A stretch of DNA of 64,000 nucleotides from Candidatus Magasanikiibacteriota bacterium (GCA_041666745.1 JBAYGI010000001.1:91095-155094); one strand, 5' to 3'. Positions 30,231 through 40,543 are shown, counted from the stretch's first letter. The notes: generated by a model from the sequence alone, not told the origin. A program made the numbers and translations.

Positions 30231-30749
30231 TTATAAAAGTTTATTGGTATTATCCTTTTTTTCTTTTTTGTGCAGGTTGACTATCAGATCCGTCTTGATT
30301 TTGGCTTCTTGTTCCAGAAAGAAATTATTGATTCCGGGTAATATTTTTAGCCATTCAATAATCAGATAAAATATTTTTTTGACTTTGATATGGGTAGATC
30401 GAAGAAGCTCTCGGATTTTGGCGGTGGTTTCTTCTCCTTTGATTTTGAATTCTTGTTTTCCAATAGGGGATAATTTGGCGTATTCATCAGCCAGACCGGT
30501 TTCTAGTATTTTTTCAATTTTAACCATCATCTCATCTTGAACTTGAGGAATTGGTCGCGCGACTTTTTTGACTTTGACCGGAATCAGCTTCTTGGCGTAT
30601 TTTTCCAAGGTTGATTGTTTTTCACCGGATTTTTCGGTGGGTGATTTTTCACGTTCTTTTCCAACAGAAATTTCAGGAGTGTGACGTCCGGATTCGGTAT
30701 TGGCCTTTTCTACAGGGTCGTTTAAATTGTCTAGGTTTTTATCTGTCAT
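30231..30749 (-). CDS. Hypothetical protein upstream of the VirD4-like gene
   Basis: 172-aa ORF with W.K.LPG.N.FFLEQEAKIKTD; probably co-transcribed. Confidence 0.75.
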   Translation of the reverse strand: MTDKNLDNLNDPVEKANTESGRHTPEISVGKEREKSPTEKSGEKQSTLEKYAKKLIPVKVKKVARPIPQVQDEMMVKIEKILETGLADEYAKLSPIGKQEFKIKGEETTAKIRELLRSTHIKVKKIFYLIIEWLKILPGINNFFLEQEAKIKTDLIVNLHKKEKKDNTNKLL

Positions 30750-30863
30750 AATGGTTATTATTATACCACTAATTTATCCAAAATAAAAGTAAATGTTATT
30801 TACTTGTGGATTGTGAGGTAGTCTTGTTTTGGAGAAAACCAAATTTTGTGGTATAATGATTTT

Positions 30864-31790
30864 ATGAAAAATATATTTCAGTTGGAAAATCAAGGACGAT
30901 TGTGGGTCAATGTGACCAAACAAGGTGAAAAAGAATTGCGTGAAATCCAAAAACGGTTTGGGTTTGATGAGTTGGATATCAAAGAAAGCCTACCACCGTT
31001 TCAGCGTCCCAAAATCGTCAAACGCGACAGTTATTATTTTATGATCCTGCATTTTCCGGTATTTGACAGGGAAACGCTTCGTTTGGGTTTTACGGAAGTG
31101 GATTTTTTCTTGAGTCAAAATTATTTGGTTACTGTTCATGATAATAAATTGCCGGCTATCGAAGCTATGTTTGATGAATGTAAAAAGAATGTGTCTAGTA
31201 GTAATAAATATTTTTCCGGGACGGCTGTGCATATTTTGTTTGAGCTTTTAAATCGTTTGCTCGATTCGACTTTTCCGATTCTTTTGCATGTCAATGATGA
31301 TATTAGTATGGTAAACAGAAAATTGTTTACCAAAACATCCGGTCGTCAAATTACCGAAGAAATTTTGCGTCTGAAAACCAATGTGGTTACTTTTCGACGT
31401 ACTATGCAGGGGCACCGCACGGTATTGGATAGATTGTTGTCTTATGCCGGCCGAGAATTGGACATGGCGTCTTACCAAAGTTATATCAATTCTTTGCGAG
31501 AATTTGCCAATGAAATTTGGCATATGTTGGAAAGCCAAAAAGAAAGTGTCAATGCTTTGCATGAAACCAACGAGTCTTTGTTGACCCTGCGCACCAACAA
31601 TGTGATGAGAGTGCTGACGATTATTTCAGTAATTACTTTCCCTTTGACCTTATTGGCGACGATTTTGTCTATCAAAACCCCTGGTAATCCGATTGCTGAT
31701 TTGTCATATGGGTTTTTTGTGGTGTTGGGAGTGATGGTGTTTGTCGCGATTGCGATGTTTATGGTTTTCAAGAAAAAAGATTGGGTTTAA
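30864..31790 (+). CDS. CorA-family Mg2+/Co2+ transporter
   Basis: QRPK, LVTVH, TNNVMRVLTIIS..FPLTL and two C-terminal TMs; canonical GMN motif replaced by SIK. Confidence 0.85.
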   Translation: MKNIFQLENQGRLWVNVTKQGEKELREIQKRFGFDELDIKESLPPFQRPKIVKRDSYYFMILHFPVFDRETLRLGFTEVDFFLSQNYLVTVHDNKLPAIEAMFDECKKNVSSSNKYFSGTAVHILFELLNRLLDSTFPILLHVNDDISMVNRKLFTKTSGRQITEEILRLKTNVVTFRRTMQGHRTVLDRLLSYAGRELDMASYQSYINSLREFANEIWHMLESQKESVNALHETNESLLTLRTNNVMRVLTIISVITFPLTLLATILSIKTPGNPIADLSYGFFVVLGVMVFVAIAMFMVFKKKDWV

Positions 31791-31828
31791 TCTTTAAAAA
31801 AGATTTGGTTTAACCTTTTAAATAGGTC

Positions 31829-31958
31829 AAAAATACAGGTGGCACATTCATTTTGAAACACGTGTCGGTTTTGTTTCGACAAAATCGCACTCTCACTCAT
31901 AACGGCGCGAGCCGTTATTCCGTGGCGGTTTCAAAACGAATGTGCCACCTGTATTTTT
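31829..31958. terminator. Long compound inverted repeat between convergent corA-like and cysS genes
   Basis: AAAATACAGGTGGCACATTC.TTTTGAAAC / GTTTCAAAA.GAATGTGCCACCTGTATTTT with internal TTCG- and GCGA-looped hairpins. Confidence 0.65.
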
Positions 31959-31969
31959 TAGTGCTGATT

Positions 31970-33340
31970 TTAGTTTTTGATCAGTTGTGTCCCGCTCGCG
32001 GTGTCTTTTACTACATATCCCAGCGCTTCCAGTTGAACTCGCAATTCATCGCTTTTCACCCAATCGCGATTGGCGCGCGCGGTGTTGCGTTGCTCCACAA
32101 GTTTGGTGGCTTCTTCCGAGACGGCGGTCTCGCGGTGGTGTAGATTTTCTTGAATTTTCAGGCCGAGTATTTTATCAAATTGTAATAATGTTGGTAGGGA
32201 AATTGTTTTTGTTTTTATTGCTTCCCAAATTTGTGCAATAGCTATCGGTGTGTTTAAATCGTCGTTGATTTTTTCGACAAATTTATTTTTTATTTCTTCT
32301 TCACCGCTCAAAGTTTTGTCCGGTAGTGCCGAAGCGACCGAATACAAATGATCCAATCCATTTTGCGCGCCGGCTAGAGCTTCCCAAGAAAAAGTCAGTT
32401 GTTTGCGATAGTGGGTTTGCAACAATAGAAAACGATAGGCGAGTGGGTTGATCTTTTTTTCTTTTAAAGTGCGCAAAGTGACAAAATTATCGCCGGATTT
32501 GGCCATTTTATCGCTTCCCATCAACAAAAATTCTCCATGTATCCAGTAGTTGGCCAATGGAGTATCATAGGCCGCTTCACTTTGGGCAATTTCGTTGGTG
32601 TGGTGTACCGGAATATGATCAACTCCGCCACAGTGGATATCAAAAGGTTGCCCCAAATATTTGGTAGCCATGGCACTACATTCGATATGCCATCCGGGAA
32701 AACCAACTCCCCATGGACTTTTCCATTCCATTTGACGTTTTTGCAATTTGGGAGAAAATTTCCATAGCGCAAAATCGGTGGTATTTTTTTTATCTCCAAT
32801 ATCTACTCGAACACCGGCACGCAATTCTTGGTTTTGCAAGTTGGCCAATTTGCCGTAGTCTTTTAATTTGCTGGTGTCAAAATATATTCCATCAGAAGTG
32901 GCATAAGTGAAACCATTTTTTTCCAATTTTTTAATTAATTTTATTTGTTCTTTGATATGATCGGTGGCACGACACCAAATCATCGGTTCCAAAATATTTA
33001 ATTGTTCCAGATCCAACCGAAATTCATGGGTATAAAATTCAGCCAACTGCCAAGCAGTTTTTCCTTCGCGGACCGAACCCTTTTCCATTTTGTCTTCACC
33101 AGCATCGGCATCGTCGGTCAAATGTCCCACGTCGGTGATGTTCATGACATGTTTTATTTTGTAACCGCCATATTGTAATGTGCGTTTTAAGATATCCTCA
33201 AAAACATAAGTGCGTAAGTTGCCAATATGCGCGTAGTTATACACAGTTGGTCCGCAGGCGTATAGGCCAACCTTGTTTTTTTTGATTGGTTTAAATTCTT
33301 CGATTCGACGAGATAGTGTGTTGTATAGGTATATTGACAT
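31970..33340 (-). CDS. cysS: Cysteine--tRNA ligase
   Basis: [36 protein letters not shown]. Confidence 0.97.
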   Translation of the reverse strand: MSIYLYNTLSRRIEEFKPIKKNKVGLYACGPTVYNYAHIGNLRTYVFEDILKRTLQYGGYKIKHVMNITDVGHLTDDADAGEDKMEKGSVREGKTAWQLAEFYTHEFRLDLEQLNILEPMIWCRATDHIKEQIKLIKKLEKNGFTYATSDGIYFDTSKLKDYGKLANLQNQELRAGVRVDIGDKKNTTDFALWKFSPKLQKRQMEWKSPWGVGFPGWHIECSAMATKYLGQPFDIHCGGVDHIPVHHTNEIAQSEAAYDTPLANYWIHGEFLLMGSDKMAKSGDNFVTLRTLKEKKINPLAYRFLLLQTHYRKQLTFSWEALAGAQNGLDHLYSVASALPDKTLSGEEEIKNKFVEKINDDLNTPIAIAQIWEAIKTKTISLPTLLQFDKILGLKIQENLHHRETAVSEEATKLVEQRNTARANRDWVKSDELRVQLEALGYVVKDTASGTQLIKN

Positions 33341-33453
33341 AGTAAGTTTTTAGTATGATGTAATAATTTTACCTTATTTATCCACAGTTTTCAATAGTGG
33401 TATATCAGAGAAGCGATATATTTGATATAATTGGTATATGAAACTAAAAAAAT

Positions 33454-34587
33454 ATGTTATTTTTTAAACCTAAATCTCATCTGGGAATAGATTTGGGTGC
33501 TGGTGGTATAAAAATTGTTGAACTAAAATTGGAAAAGAAAAGGCCGGTATTGTATACATATGGCCTGACTTCGCAGATGCAGGATGTGCACCACTTGTTT
33601 GATGTATCCGCAAAAAATAATACCTCGGCATTATCAGCAGATCAAAAAAGTAAAAGTACTGCCGTGACGATAGACCCGGAACAAGTAAAAAAATATGCCA
33701 ATCTATTGAAAGCGGTGTGCACTGGATCTAGGACAACAGCATTGTCTGCGACCGTGAGTTTGCCGGTGTCGGTTGTTTTCCATGCTGTAATAAATTTGCC
33801 CTTATTAAAAAAAGAAGAATTGGATCGAGTGTTGCGCGCTGAAGTAAAAAAACTTTTACCGCGACCGATTGATGATATGGTGTTGGATTATCAGATGATA
33901 AAAAACGCCCCGGAATCCAAAACCCAAAGAGTGTTGGTCAATGCCGTACCAAAAGAATTGGTGGTTTTTTATACTCAGGTGTTTAAATTGGCCGGTATCG
34001 GGCTGGAATCTTTGGAACCGGAGTCGATAGCTTTGGAGCGTTCATTGATAGGGCGCGATCAGAGTGTGGCGATGATTATCGATATTGGAGCGGAGCGTAC
34101 GAATTTTTATATTATTGATCAGGGTTTTGCTATTACTCACAACAGCACAGAGATTGGTGGTGGACGGTTGAATAAGATTTTAGCCGGTGTATTAGGTATC
34201 AAAGAGGATATTGTTGAACAATTAAAATGTGATTATTTTGGCAGTTTGTTGAAAAAAAACAATCATAGCCAGATGACCAAAGATAAATTTTACAGTCTGT
34301 TTTCTACAATTATTGATCCGATAGTCAAAGAAATCGAATATAGTTTTGAAATATATCTAAAACAAACCGGTAACGAAAACAAACGACCGGAAAAAATAAT
34401 TTTAACCGGCGGTGGCAGTTCTATGCCATATCTGGCTGATTTTATTTCAGAAAAATTCAATATCAAATGTTATGTTGGTGATCCGTGGGGTCGGGTGGTT
34501 TATCAAGAAGGTTTAAAACCGGCTCTTGGAAAAATCGGTCCACGTATGTCAGTGGCGGTTGGACTCGCTTTAAGAAAATTAGTGTGA
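33454..34587 (+). CDS. pilM: Type IV pilus assembly protein PilM
   Basis: GIDLG...IK.VEL, IDIGAERT, IILTGGGS, VAVGLALR. Confidence 0.9.
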   Translation: MLFFKPKSHLGIDLGAGGIKIVELKLEKKRPVLYTYGLTSQMQDVHHLFDVSAKNNTSALSADQKSKSTAVTIDPEQVKKYANLLKAVCTGSRTTALSATVSLPVSVVFHAVINLPLLKKEELDRVLRAEVKKLLPRPIDDMVLDYQMIKNAPESKTQRVLVNAVPKELVVFYTQVFKLAGIGLESLEPESIALERSLIGRDQSVAMIIDIGAERTNFYIIDQGFAITHNSTEIGGGRLNKILAGVLGIKEDIVEQLKCDYFGSLLKKNNHSQMTKDKFYSLFSTIIDPIVKEIEYSFEIYLKQTGNENKRPEKIILTGGGSSMPYLADFISEKFNIKCYVGDPWGRVVYQEGLKPALGKIGPRMSVAVGLALRKLV

Positions 34588-34625
34588 TATGATAAAAATA
34601 CAAGTTAATTAATTTTTTATTTAGT

Positions 34626-35003
34626 ATGGCAGAACAAATTCATGTGTTGCTGGTAGAGGATGATGTTTTTCTCTCTGGCATATACCAGAAAAAATTTGAA
34701 ATGGAGGGATACAAAGTTAGTTTGGCTGACAATGGCGAAAAAGCGCTTGTGGAGGTCAAAAAGAAAAAACCGGACATTGTAATGTTGGATATTTTGTTAC
34801 CAAAACTTGATGGTTTTGCGGTTTTGTCCAAAATTAAATCCGATCCGGCTACCAAAGATATTCCGGTGATTTTATTGACCAATCTCGGTCAAAAAGACGA
34901 TGTGGAAAAAGGTTTGCAAATGGGAGCGGCTGATTATTTGATCAAAGCCCATTTTAAACCATCCGAAGTTGTGGATAAAATAAAAAAGGTATTACATATT
35001 TAG
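34626..35003 (+). CDS. Single-domain response regulator
   Basis: LLVEDD, LDILLPKLDG, PVILLTN, GAADYLIK. Confidence 0.92.
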   Translation: MAEQIHVLLVEDDVFLSGIYQKKFEMEGYKVSLADNGEKALVEVKKKKPDIVMLDILLPKLDGFAVLSKIKSDPATKDIPVILLTNLGQKDDVEKGLQMGAADYLIKAHFKPSEVVDKIKKVLHI

Positions 35004-35081
35004 GTGATTCGTGCTATAATCCAGTTGTTAAATTAAAGATTTTGTTATGAAAACAATTTTGTATATAAAGGGGGTGAATTT

Positions 35082-35504
35082 ATGAATAAGAAAGGTTTTA
35101 CATTGATTGAATTGCTTATCGTGATTGCTATTATCGGTTTATTGTCTACTCTCGCAGTAGTCGCGTTGGGTTCCGCTCGTGTTAAAGCGCGCGATTCCAA
35201 ACGTCTAGCCGATTTGAAACAATTACAAACAGCACTTGAATTGTATTATACAGATCAGAATGCTTACCCAGCTGGCATTGCCATATCTTTGGGTGATACA
35301 AATCACGCTTGTTTGCACTCTGCTGGTTTTGCAGCCACTGGTTGCGCTTCCCCTTACATGGGTCAAGTTCCAGTCGATCCTCAAGCTGGTTACTATACAT
35401 ATACGGCCGCTACCAGTAGTTATACTATCGATGCTACATTGGAAGGAGCAGTTGCAGGTCTTCCTGCCGGTGCTATCCAGTTGAGTCCAGCTGGTATAAA
35501 ATAA
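35082..35504 (+). CDS. Type IV pilin / GspG-like prepilin
   Basis: [28 protein letters not shown]...ALELYY. Confidence 0.92.
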   Translation: MNKKGFTLIELLIVIAIIGLLSTLAVVALGSARVKARDSKRLADLKQLQTALELYYTDQNAYPAGIAISLGDTNHACLHSAGFAATGCASPYMGQVPVDPQAGYYTYTAATSSYTIDATLEGAVAGLPAGAIQLSPAGIK

Positions 35505-35586
35505 CCTATTTTTTACACTTACCCTCCTATAATTTAGGAGGGTTTTGTTTTTTTACCGGTTGTGATATAATTTAGGTACAAAACAT

Positions 35587-36393
35587 ATGTTGGATTTAGG
35601 CTGTTATACCGTCTTATTGGGCGGAGTAATTTATTTTTTTGTTTTTATACTGGGATTGATACTTGGCAGTTTTTTGAATTCGTGGATGTGGCGGGTGCGA
35701 GACAATATCAGGATCTTGTCCAATAGCCGTAGTATGTGTCCGAATTGTCGTTATCAATTGCGTTGGTATGAAAATATTCCACTGGTTAGTTGGTTATTTC
35801 TACGAGCCAAATGTAGTAATTGTAAACAACCGATCCATTGGTCTTATTTTGCCGTAGAATTAGTCACTGGGTTTTTGATGATGTTTGTAGTTGGACAACA
35901 TGTGAAATTGGTGCATTTTAGTGAGTGGACGTTGTTGAGGGATGTTTGTTTTTTAACTTTATTAATAATTACTTTTGTTTATGATTTACGCTACAAAACT
36001 ATTTTATCTCGGATAGTTTGGGTAGGTACAATTATTGGTTTTTTAATAAATGTTTTGTCTTTAAATTTTACTGTCAAGTCATTGTTGTTGGGCATGGTAA
36101 TTGGCGGCGGTTTTTTTCTTTTTCAATATTTAATATCTAGTGGACGCTGGATTGGTGGTGGAGATATTCGCATGGGGATAATGATGGGCGCTTGGCTGGG
36201 TTGGCAAAATACGATCGTGGCATTGTTTATCGCCTATATTTTGGGAGCCTTGGTTGGGGTTGGGTTGTTGTGGAGTAAAAAAGCCAATGGTAAAACTGAG
36301 ATTCCGTTCGGCACATTTTTGGCCGTCGGTACATTCGTGGCGATTTATTATGGCGATAGCTTGGTGAATTGGTATTTGCAGATTTTGAAATAG
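35587..36393 (+). CDS. pilD: Prepilin peptidase
   Basis: GSFLN, RSMCPNC, ENIPLVSW, CSNC, GGGDI, IPFGTFLA. Confidence 0.93.
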   Translation: MLDLGCYTVLLGGVIYFFVFILGLILGSFLNSWMWRVRDNIRILSNSRSMCPNCRYQLRWYENIPLVSWLFLRAKCSNCKQPIHWSYFAVELVTGFLMMFVVGQHVKLVHFSEWTLLRDVCFLTLLIITFVYDLRYKTILSRIVWVGTIIGFLINVLSLNFTVKSLLLGMVIGGGFFLFQYLISSGRWIGGGDIRMGIMMGAWLGWQNTIVALFIAYILGALVGVGLLWSKKANGKTEIPFGTFLAVGTFVAIYYGDSLVNWYLQILK

Positions 36394-36406
36394 TGGTAAA
36401 AAGTTT

Positions 36407-38425
36407 ATGTCAGAGATTAAAAAACATGTAGAAAAATTACACGCCCAGATTGATGACCTGCGGTATCGGTATCATGTTTTGAATGATCCGGAAGTGACGG
36501 ATGCGATGTATGATGGGTTGATGGATGAATTGCGTAAAATTGAACATGAACATCCGGAATTGGTTACAAAAGATTCTCCCACTCAGCGCGTGGCGGGAAT
36601 TCCTTTGGATAAGTTTGAAAAAATTACCCACACGGTGACGCAGTGGAGTTTTGATGATGCGTTTAGTGAAGAAGATGTGGTGGATTGGGAAGAACGAAAT
36701 TTGAATTATTTTGAAAAAGAAACCGGACATAGACCAAAAGATATTGAATATGTGTGCGAACTGAAAATTGACGGTCTGCACATGGTTTTGACTTATGAAA
36801 ATGGTGAGCTGGTGACGGCGGCCACGCGTGGTGATGGCAAAGTGGGGGAAAATGTGACACAAAATATTAAAACTATTTTGTCGGTGCCATTAAAATTAAA
36901 CATCTGTCATTCCGACCGACTGAAAGGAGTGGAGGAATCCCTTATCATCGAAGGTGAAGTGTGGTTGGATCGAAAAATGTTGGAGAAAATAAATGTAGAG
37001 CGAGAAAAACACGGCGAACAACTTTTTGCCAATCCGCGCAACGCGGCAGCGGGAACAATCCGCCAATTGGACGCAAAAATTGTGTCCGCGCGCAAACTTT
37101 CTTTGACTACTTATGATATCTCCGCCGGTGAAATTATCCCTTCGCAAGAACAAGAATTAAAGCGCCTCAAAGCTTTGGGTTTTGCGACCGATTCACATTG
37201 GAAAGTTTGTAAAAATTTACAAGAAGTTTTTGCTTTTCATAATGAATGGAAAAAGAAAAAAGATAGTCAGCCGTTTTGGATAGATGGCGTGGTAATAAAA
37301 ACAAATCAGAAAAAATATCAAGAGCAACTGGGATATACCGGCAAGTCACCGCGTTGGGCGATTGCGTATAAATTTCCAGCCGAGCAGGGGACAACAAAAA
37401 TAAAAGAAGTGTATGTGCAGGTGGGGCGCACGGGCGCTTTGACGCCGGTGGCTTTGATGGAACCGGTGTCTTTGGCCGGCTCTACTGTTACGCACGCGAC
37501 ACTACATAATTTTGACGAAATAGAACGCTTGGGAGTGAAAGTCGGCGACATGGTGGTGGTGGAAAAAGCCGGAGATATTATTCCCAAAGTGGTGCGAGTA
37601 TTGGAAAAAATGCGCACCGGTGATGAAAAAAGTATTAAACGCCCGACTAAATGTCCGGTGTGCGGTAATGATGTAGAAAAAAAATCCGATTCCGTGGCTT
37701 TGTATTGTCTCAACAAAAATTGTTACGCCAAGGAATTGGAAAACATAATTCATTTTGTCAGCAAATCCGCTTTTGACATTGATCACTGTGGTGAAAAAAT
37801 AGTGGAACAACTTTTAAATGTAGGTTTGATAAAAGACGCCGCCGATTTATTTACTTTAACTGTTGGCGACTTGGAACCGTTGGAAAGATTTGCTGAAAAA
37901 AGCGCACAAAATTTGGTGGAGGCCGTGGCCAAGGCAAAATATATTACTTTTGCGAGATTTATAAACGCGCTTGGTATCACCCATGTGGGTGAAGAAACTG
38001 CCGAGGACTTGGCGATACAATTTGGAACATTAGAAAAATTGATGGTCGTGGATAAAGAAAAATTATTGCAAATAAACGGAATCGGCGAAAGAATGGCAGA
38101 AGCGTTGGTGGATTATTTCGCGGATAAAAATAATCAAAAGTTTATTGAAAAATTATTAAATAACGGCGTAAAAATTTCCGCTGTGCATAAAAAAACCGGA
38201 AAATTATCCGGCCAGACATTTGTTTTGACCGGCACATTGGAAAGCATGAGTCGCGACGAAGCCAAAGAGAAAATAAAAGAATTAGGCGGAGAAATTTCCG
38301 AAAGTGTTAGCAAAAAAACCACCGCGGTAATTGTTGGCGCCGAGCCGGGGAGTAAATATGATAAAGCCAAAAAGTTGGGAGTGAAGGTTTTGGAGGAGAA
38401 GGAGTTTTTAATATATGTTAAATAA
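36407..38425 (+). CDS. ligA: NAD-dependent DNA ligase
   Basis: ELKIDG, TRGDG, NPRNAAAG, PRWAIAYKF, Zn finger, C-terminal BRCT. Confidence 0.97.
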   Translation: MSEIKKHVEKLHAQIDDLRYRYHVLNDPEVTDAMYDGLMDELRKIEHEHPELVTKDSPTQRVAGIPLDKFEKITHTVTQWSFDDAFSEEDVVDWEERNLNYFEKETGHRPKDIEYVCELKIDGLHMVLTYENGELVTAATRGDGKVGENVTQNIKTILSVPLKLNICHSDRLKGVEESLIIEGEVWLDRKMLEKINVEREKHGEQLFANPRNAAAGTIRQLDAKIVSARKLSLTTYDISAGEIIPSQEQELKRLKALGFATDSHWKVCKNLQEVFAFHNEWKKKKDSQPFWIDGVVIKTNQKKYQEQLGYTGKSPRWAIAYKFPAEQGTTKIKEVYVQVGRTGALTPVALMEPVSLAGSTVTHATLHNFDEIERLGVKVGDMVVVEKAGDIIPKVVRVLEKMRTGDEKSIKRPTKCPVCGNDVEKKSDSVALYCLNKNCYAKELENIIHFVSKSAFDIDHCGEKIVEQLLNVGLIKDAADLFTLTVGDLEPLERFAEKSAQNLVEAVAKAKYITFARFINALGITHVGEETAEDLAIQFGTLEKLMVVDKEKLLQINGIGERMAEALVDYFADKNNQKFIEKLLNNGVKISAVHKKTGKLSGQTFVLTGTLESMSRDEAKEKIKELGGEISESVSKKTTAVIVGAEPGSKYDKAKKLGVKVLEEKEFLIYVK

Positions 38426-39296
38426 AAATGAACCGGCCATTAAACGACAATTTTGCCATATAGGTGATCTAAACCACGGAGAAGAAATAGACACTTTGGA
38501 AGAAGAAAAATACACTGTGTGCCGAGGGCTGATTCATAAATATCCACATGAAGTATTGGTGGTTTTAACCAGACAATGCGCGGCGTATTGTCTTTTTTGT
38601 ACTCGTAAAAAAACACTATCACATGAAACAGGCGAGTTGGGAGACAAAGATTTCGCGGCGATGGTAAAATATTTAAAAAACCATCCGGAAGTTTATGAGG
38701 TTATAATTTCCGGCGGTGATCCACTGACCCAGCCGGCACTATTAAAAAAAGCGTTGCGAATTTTTGGAAAATTATCTCAAATAAAAATAATTCGCGTGGG
38801 GACGCGGTTGCATTTTTCCAATCCCAAAAAAATTAATTCCGCGGTGATTGACGCTTTGAAAGTTGTAAAAAAACAGCCGTTGTATTTAATGCTTCATTTC
38901 AATCATCCGGCTGAATTAAACAAAATGACTTTGTCCGCAGTAAAGCGTTTGCGCCAAGTTTCCGCCATGATGTTGTCGCAAACAGTATTGCTTAAAGGCG
39001 TAAATGATTCCGCCGAAATTTTATCCGAATTATTTGCCAAACTGACGCAAATCGGCATCAAGCCGTATTATCTTTTACAATGCGACAAGGTGCGAGGGGC
39101 GGAACATTTTATGGTGGATACAGAAAAGGCGGCTAAAATATATACTGATCTTTATAAAAAAATAAATGGTTTGGCCAAACCCACATTGGTGATTGACACA
39201 CCTTTTGGAGTTGGGAAAATTCCCATTCCACCGAATTTTTGGAATTGCGATAGAGGAAAATATGTGGATTATAATGGGAAATACATTTTGATATAG
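38415..39296 (+). CDS. KamA-family radical SAM protein (lysine 2,3-aminomutase/EpmB-like), N-terminally short
   Basis: GLIHKYP, CAAYCLFCTRK, ISGGDPL, HFNHP.EL, QTVLLKGVND, PYYL. Confidence 0.85.
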   Translation: MLNKNEPAIKRQFCHIGDLNHGEEIDTLEEEKYTVCRGLIHKYPHEVLVVLTRQCAAYCLFCTRKKTLSHETGELGDKDFAAMVKYLKNHPEVYEVIISGGDPLTQPALLKKALRIFGKLSQIKIIRVGTRLHFSNPKKINSAVIDALKVVKKQPLYLMLHFNHPAELNKMTLSAVKRLRQVSAMMLSQTVLLKGVNDSAEILSELFAKLTQIGIKPYYLLQCDKVRGAEHFMVDTEKAAKIYTDLYKKINGLAKPTLVIDTPFGVGKIPIPPNFWNCDRGKYVDYNGKYILI

Positions 39297-39337
39297 ATCA
39301 TTTTGTGGTATAATAATTTTTTAAAATATTATAAACT

Positions 39338-39736
39338 ATGTTGGAGGGGGAAAAATTGCAAAATTTTGTTGATTGGACAAAATTAAAAATAAAGTTGCAT
39401 CTTTCAGAGGTAAAAAAGTTTTTTAATGAGAGAGATATTTGGTGGGCAAGCTTGGGGGTGAATATCGGTTTTGAACAAGACGGAAAGCATCAAAATTTTG
39501 AACGACCAATTTTGGTGTTGAAAAAATTTAATAATGAAGTTTTGCTCATTTTGCCTATCACCAGTAAATACAAGAAAAATAAGTATTATTACGGTTTTGA
39601 ATATAATGGTAAAATTTTCGCGGTAATTTTGTCTCAAGTGAGATTGATAAGCAGCAAGCGCCTGTTAAGAAAAATACGCATGTTGTCAGAACGGGAATTT
39701 GATGAGATAAAGAAATTGGTCAAAGATATAATATAA
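39338..39736 (+). CDS. PemK/MazF-family endoribonuclease with no adjacent protein antitoxin
   Basis: DIWWASLG.NIGFEQDGK..FERPILVLKK, PITS, LSQVRLISSKRL. Confidence 0.88.
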   Translation: MLEGEKLQNFVDWTKLKIKLHLSEVKKFFNERDIWWASLGVNIGFEQDGKHQNFERPILVLKKFNNEVLLILPITSKYKKNKYYYGFEYNGKIFAVILSQVRLISSKRLLRKIRMLSEREFDEIKKLVKDII

Positions 39737-39795
39737 AAAAACGACCCAAGTTCTTCAAAGAAGATCAAGGGTCTCGGAGGCCAAAGCCATTTGAT
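39735..39795 (-). ncRNA. Candidate small RNA convergent with pemK, copy 1
   Basis: TTGACA-17-TACTAT (39830-39802); GGCTTTGGCCTCCGAGA then GACCC/GGGTC hairpin and T run. Confidence 0.6.
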
Positions 39796-39853
39796 GAATA
39801 TATAGTATCATTGATGTGGAATTTTGTCAATTTTTTATCCCCAGTAAAAAAGC

Positions 39854-39946
39854 AAAACCGCCTGTCGTCTAAAAGTTCAAATGTTTGAACGCTTAGACAT
39901 GTGCAGGCGGTTTTTAATTACCTCCATGTCTTTCCCCGGGGCCAAA
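39854..39946. repeat. 93-bp direct repeat (hairpin trailer), copy 1
   Basis: Identical to 40544-40636; AAAACCGCCTG...CAGGCGGTTTT compound hairpin. Confidence 0.92.
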
Positions 39947-39976
39947 GTTGCCACCGGGGGTGCGTGGGCCGACTTG

Positions 39977-40204
39977 TCACTCCTCCTTCTCCTCGGTGTT
40001 GGGGGTTTTGGGTTTCCTGATTTCCTTGAGAACGCTTTTCTTTGCCTTGTCGATGTGATCGGCGATGAGAAGGGTTGTTATTCCCAGCATCGCCACCACT
40101 GAGGCCATCGCCGCAATAATTTCGGATTGGATTATCCCGAAATATCGAATTACGGCGTACCAGATAGCCACAACTATTGTAGCGAAAAGCACTTTTAGAA
40201 ACAT
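39977..40204 (-). CDS. Small 2-TM protein, 75 aa (GC-rich cassette 1)
   Basis: GGAGAGGG before ATG 40204; MFLKVLFATIVVAIWY...; charged C-terminal tail. Confidence 0.7.
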   Translation of the reverse strand: MFLKVLFATIVVAIWYAVIRYFGIIQSEIIAAMASVVAMLGITTLLIADHIDKAKKSVLKEIRKPKTPNTEEKEE

Positions 40205-40365
40205 TTTATTCCCTCTCCTGCCCGCTGGCCAATATCCGTGCACCACGCACGAGGTACGACCAAAGCGAACATCTCATAATACCACAGCTTCGGGGGGGGG
40301 CGTCAAGAGGTTATTCTATCAAACCAATTTTTATGGTAAAATATATTCGCAATTTTAATGTTACT

Positions 40366-40408
40366 GAATTCCGTAATATTAAATGAAAATTTTAAAGTAT
40401 TAATATAA
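40366..40408 (+). pseudogene. Probable 3' remnant of a second pemK gene
   Basis: With one base removed it reads EFRNIKENFKVLI*, against EFDEIKKLVKDII* of the intact PemK; same position relative to the RNA copy. Confidence 0.45.
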
Positions 40409-40481
40409 AAAAAACGAAACCTACTCTTGTGGAGTAGGAATCTCGGGGCTTTTTATAGGCGAACCTATAAAAGCAAAATGT
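40407..40481 (-). ncRNA. Candidate small RNA, copy 2 (related to 39735-39795)
   Basis: TTGACA-17-TATATT (40516-40488); GCTTTT-hairpin-AGCCCCGAGA then CCTACTC/GAGTAGG hairpin and T run. Confidence 0.6.
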
Positions 40482-40543
40482 AATTGTAATATACTATAAA
40501 ATTTCAATTTTGTCAAACACTTGTCCACATCATATAAAAAACA

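Noticed and set aside
39881-40358. + strand ORFs across the 93-bp repeat and cassette 1
   Set aside because: They overlap a hairpin repeat and the better-supported minus-strand ORF with promoter and RBS.
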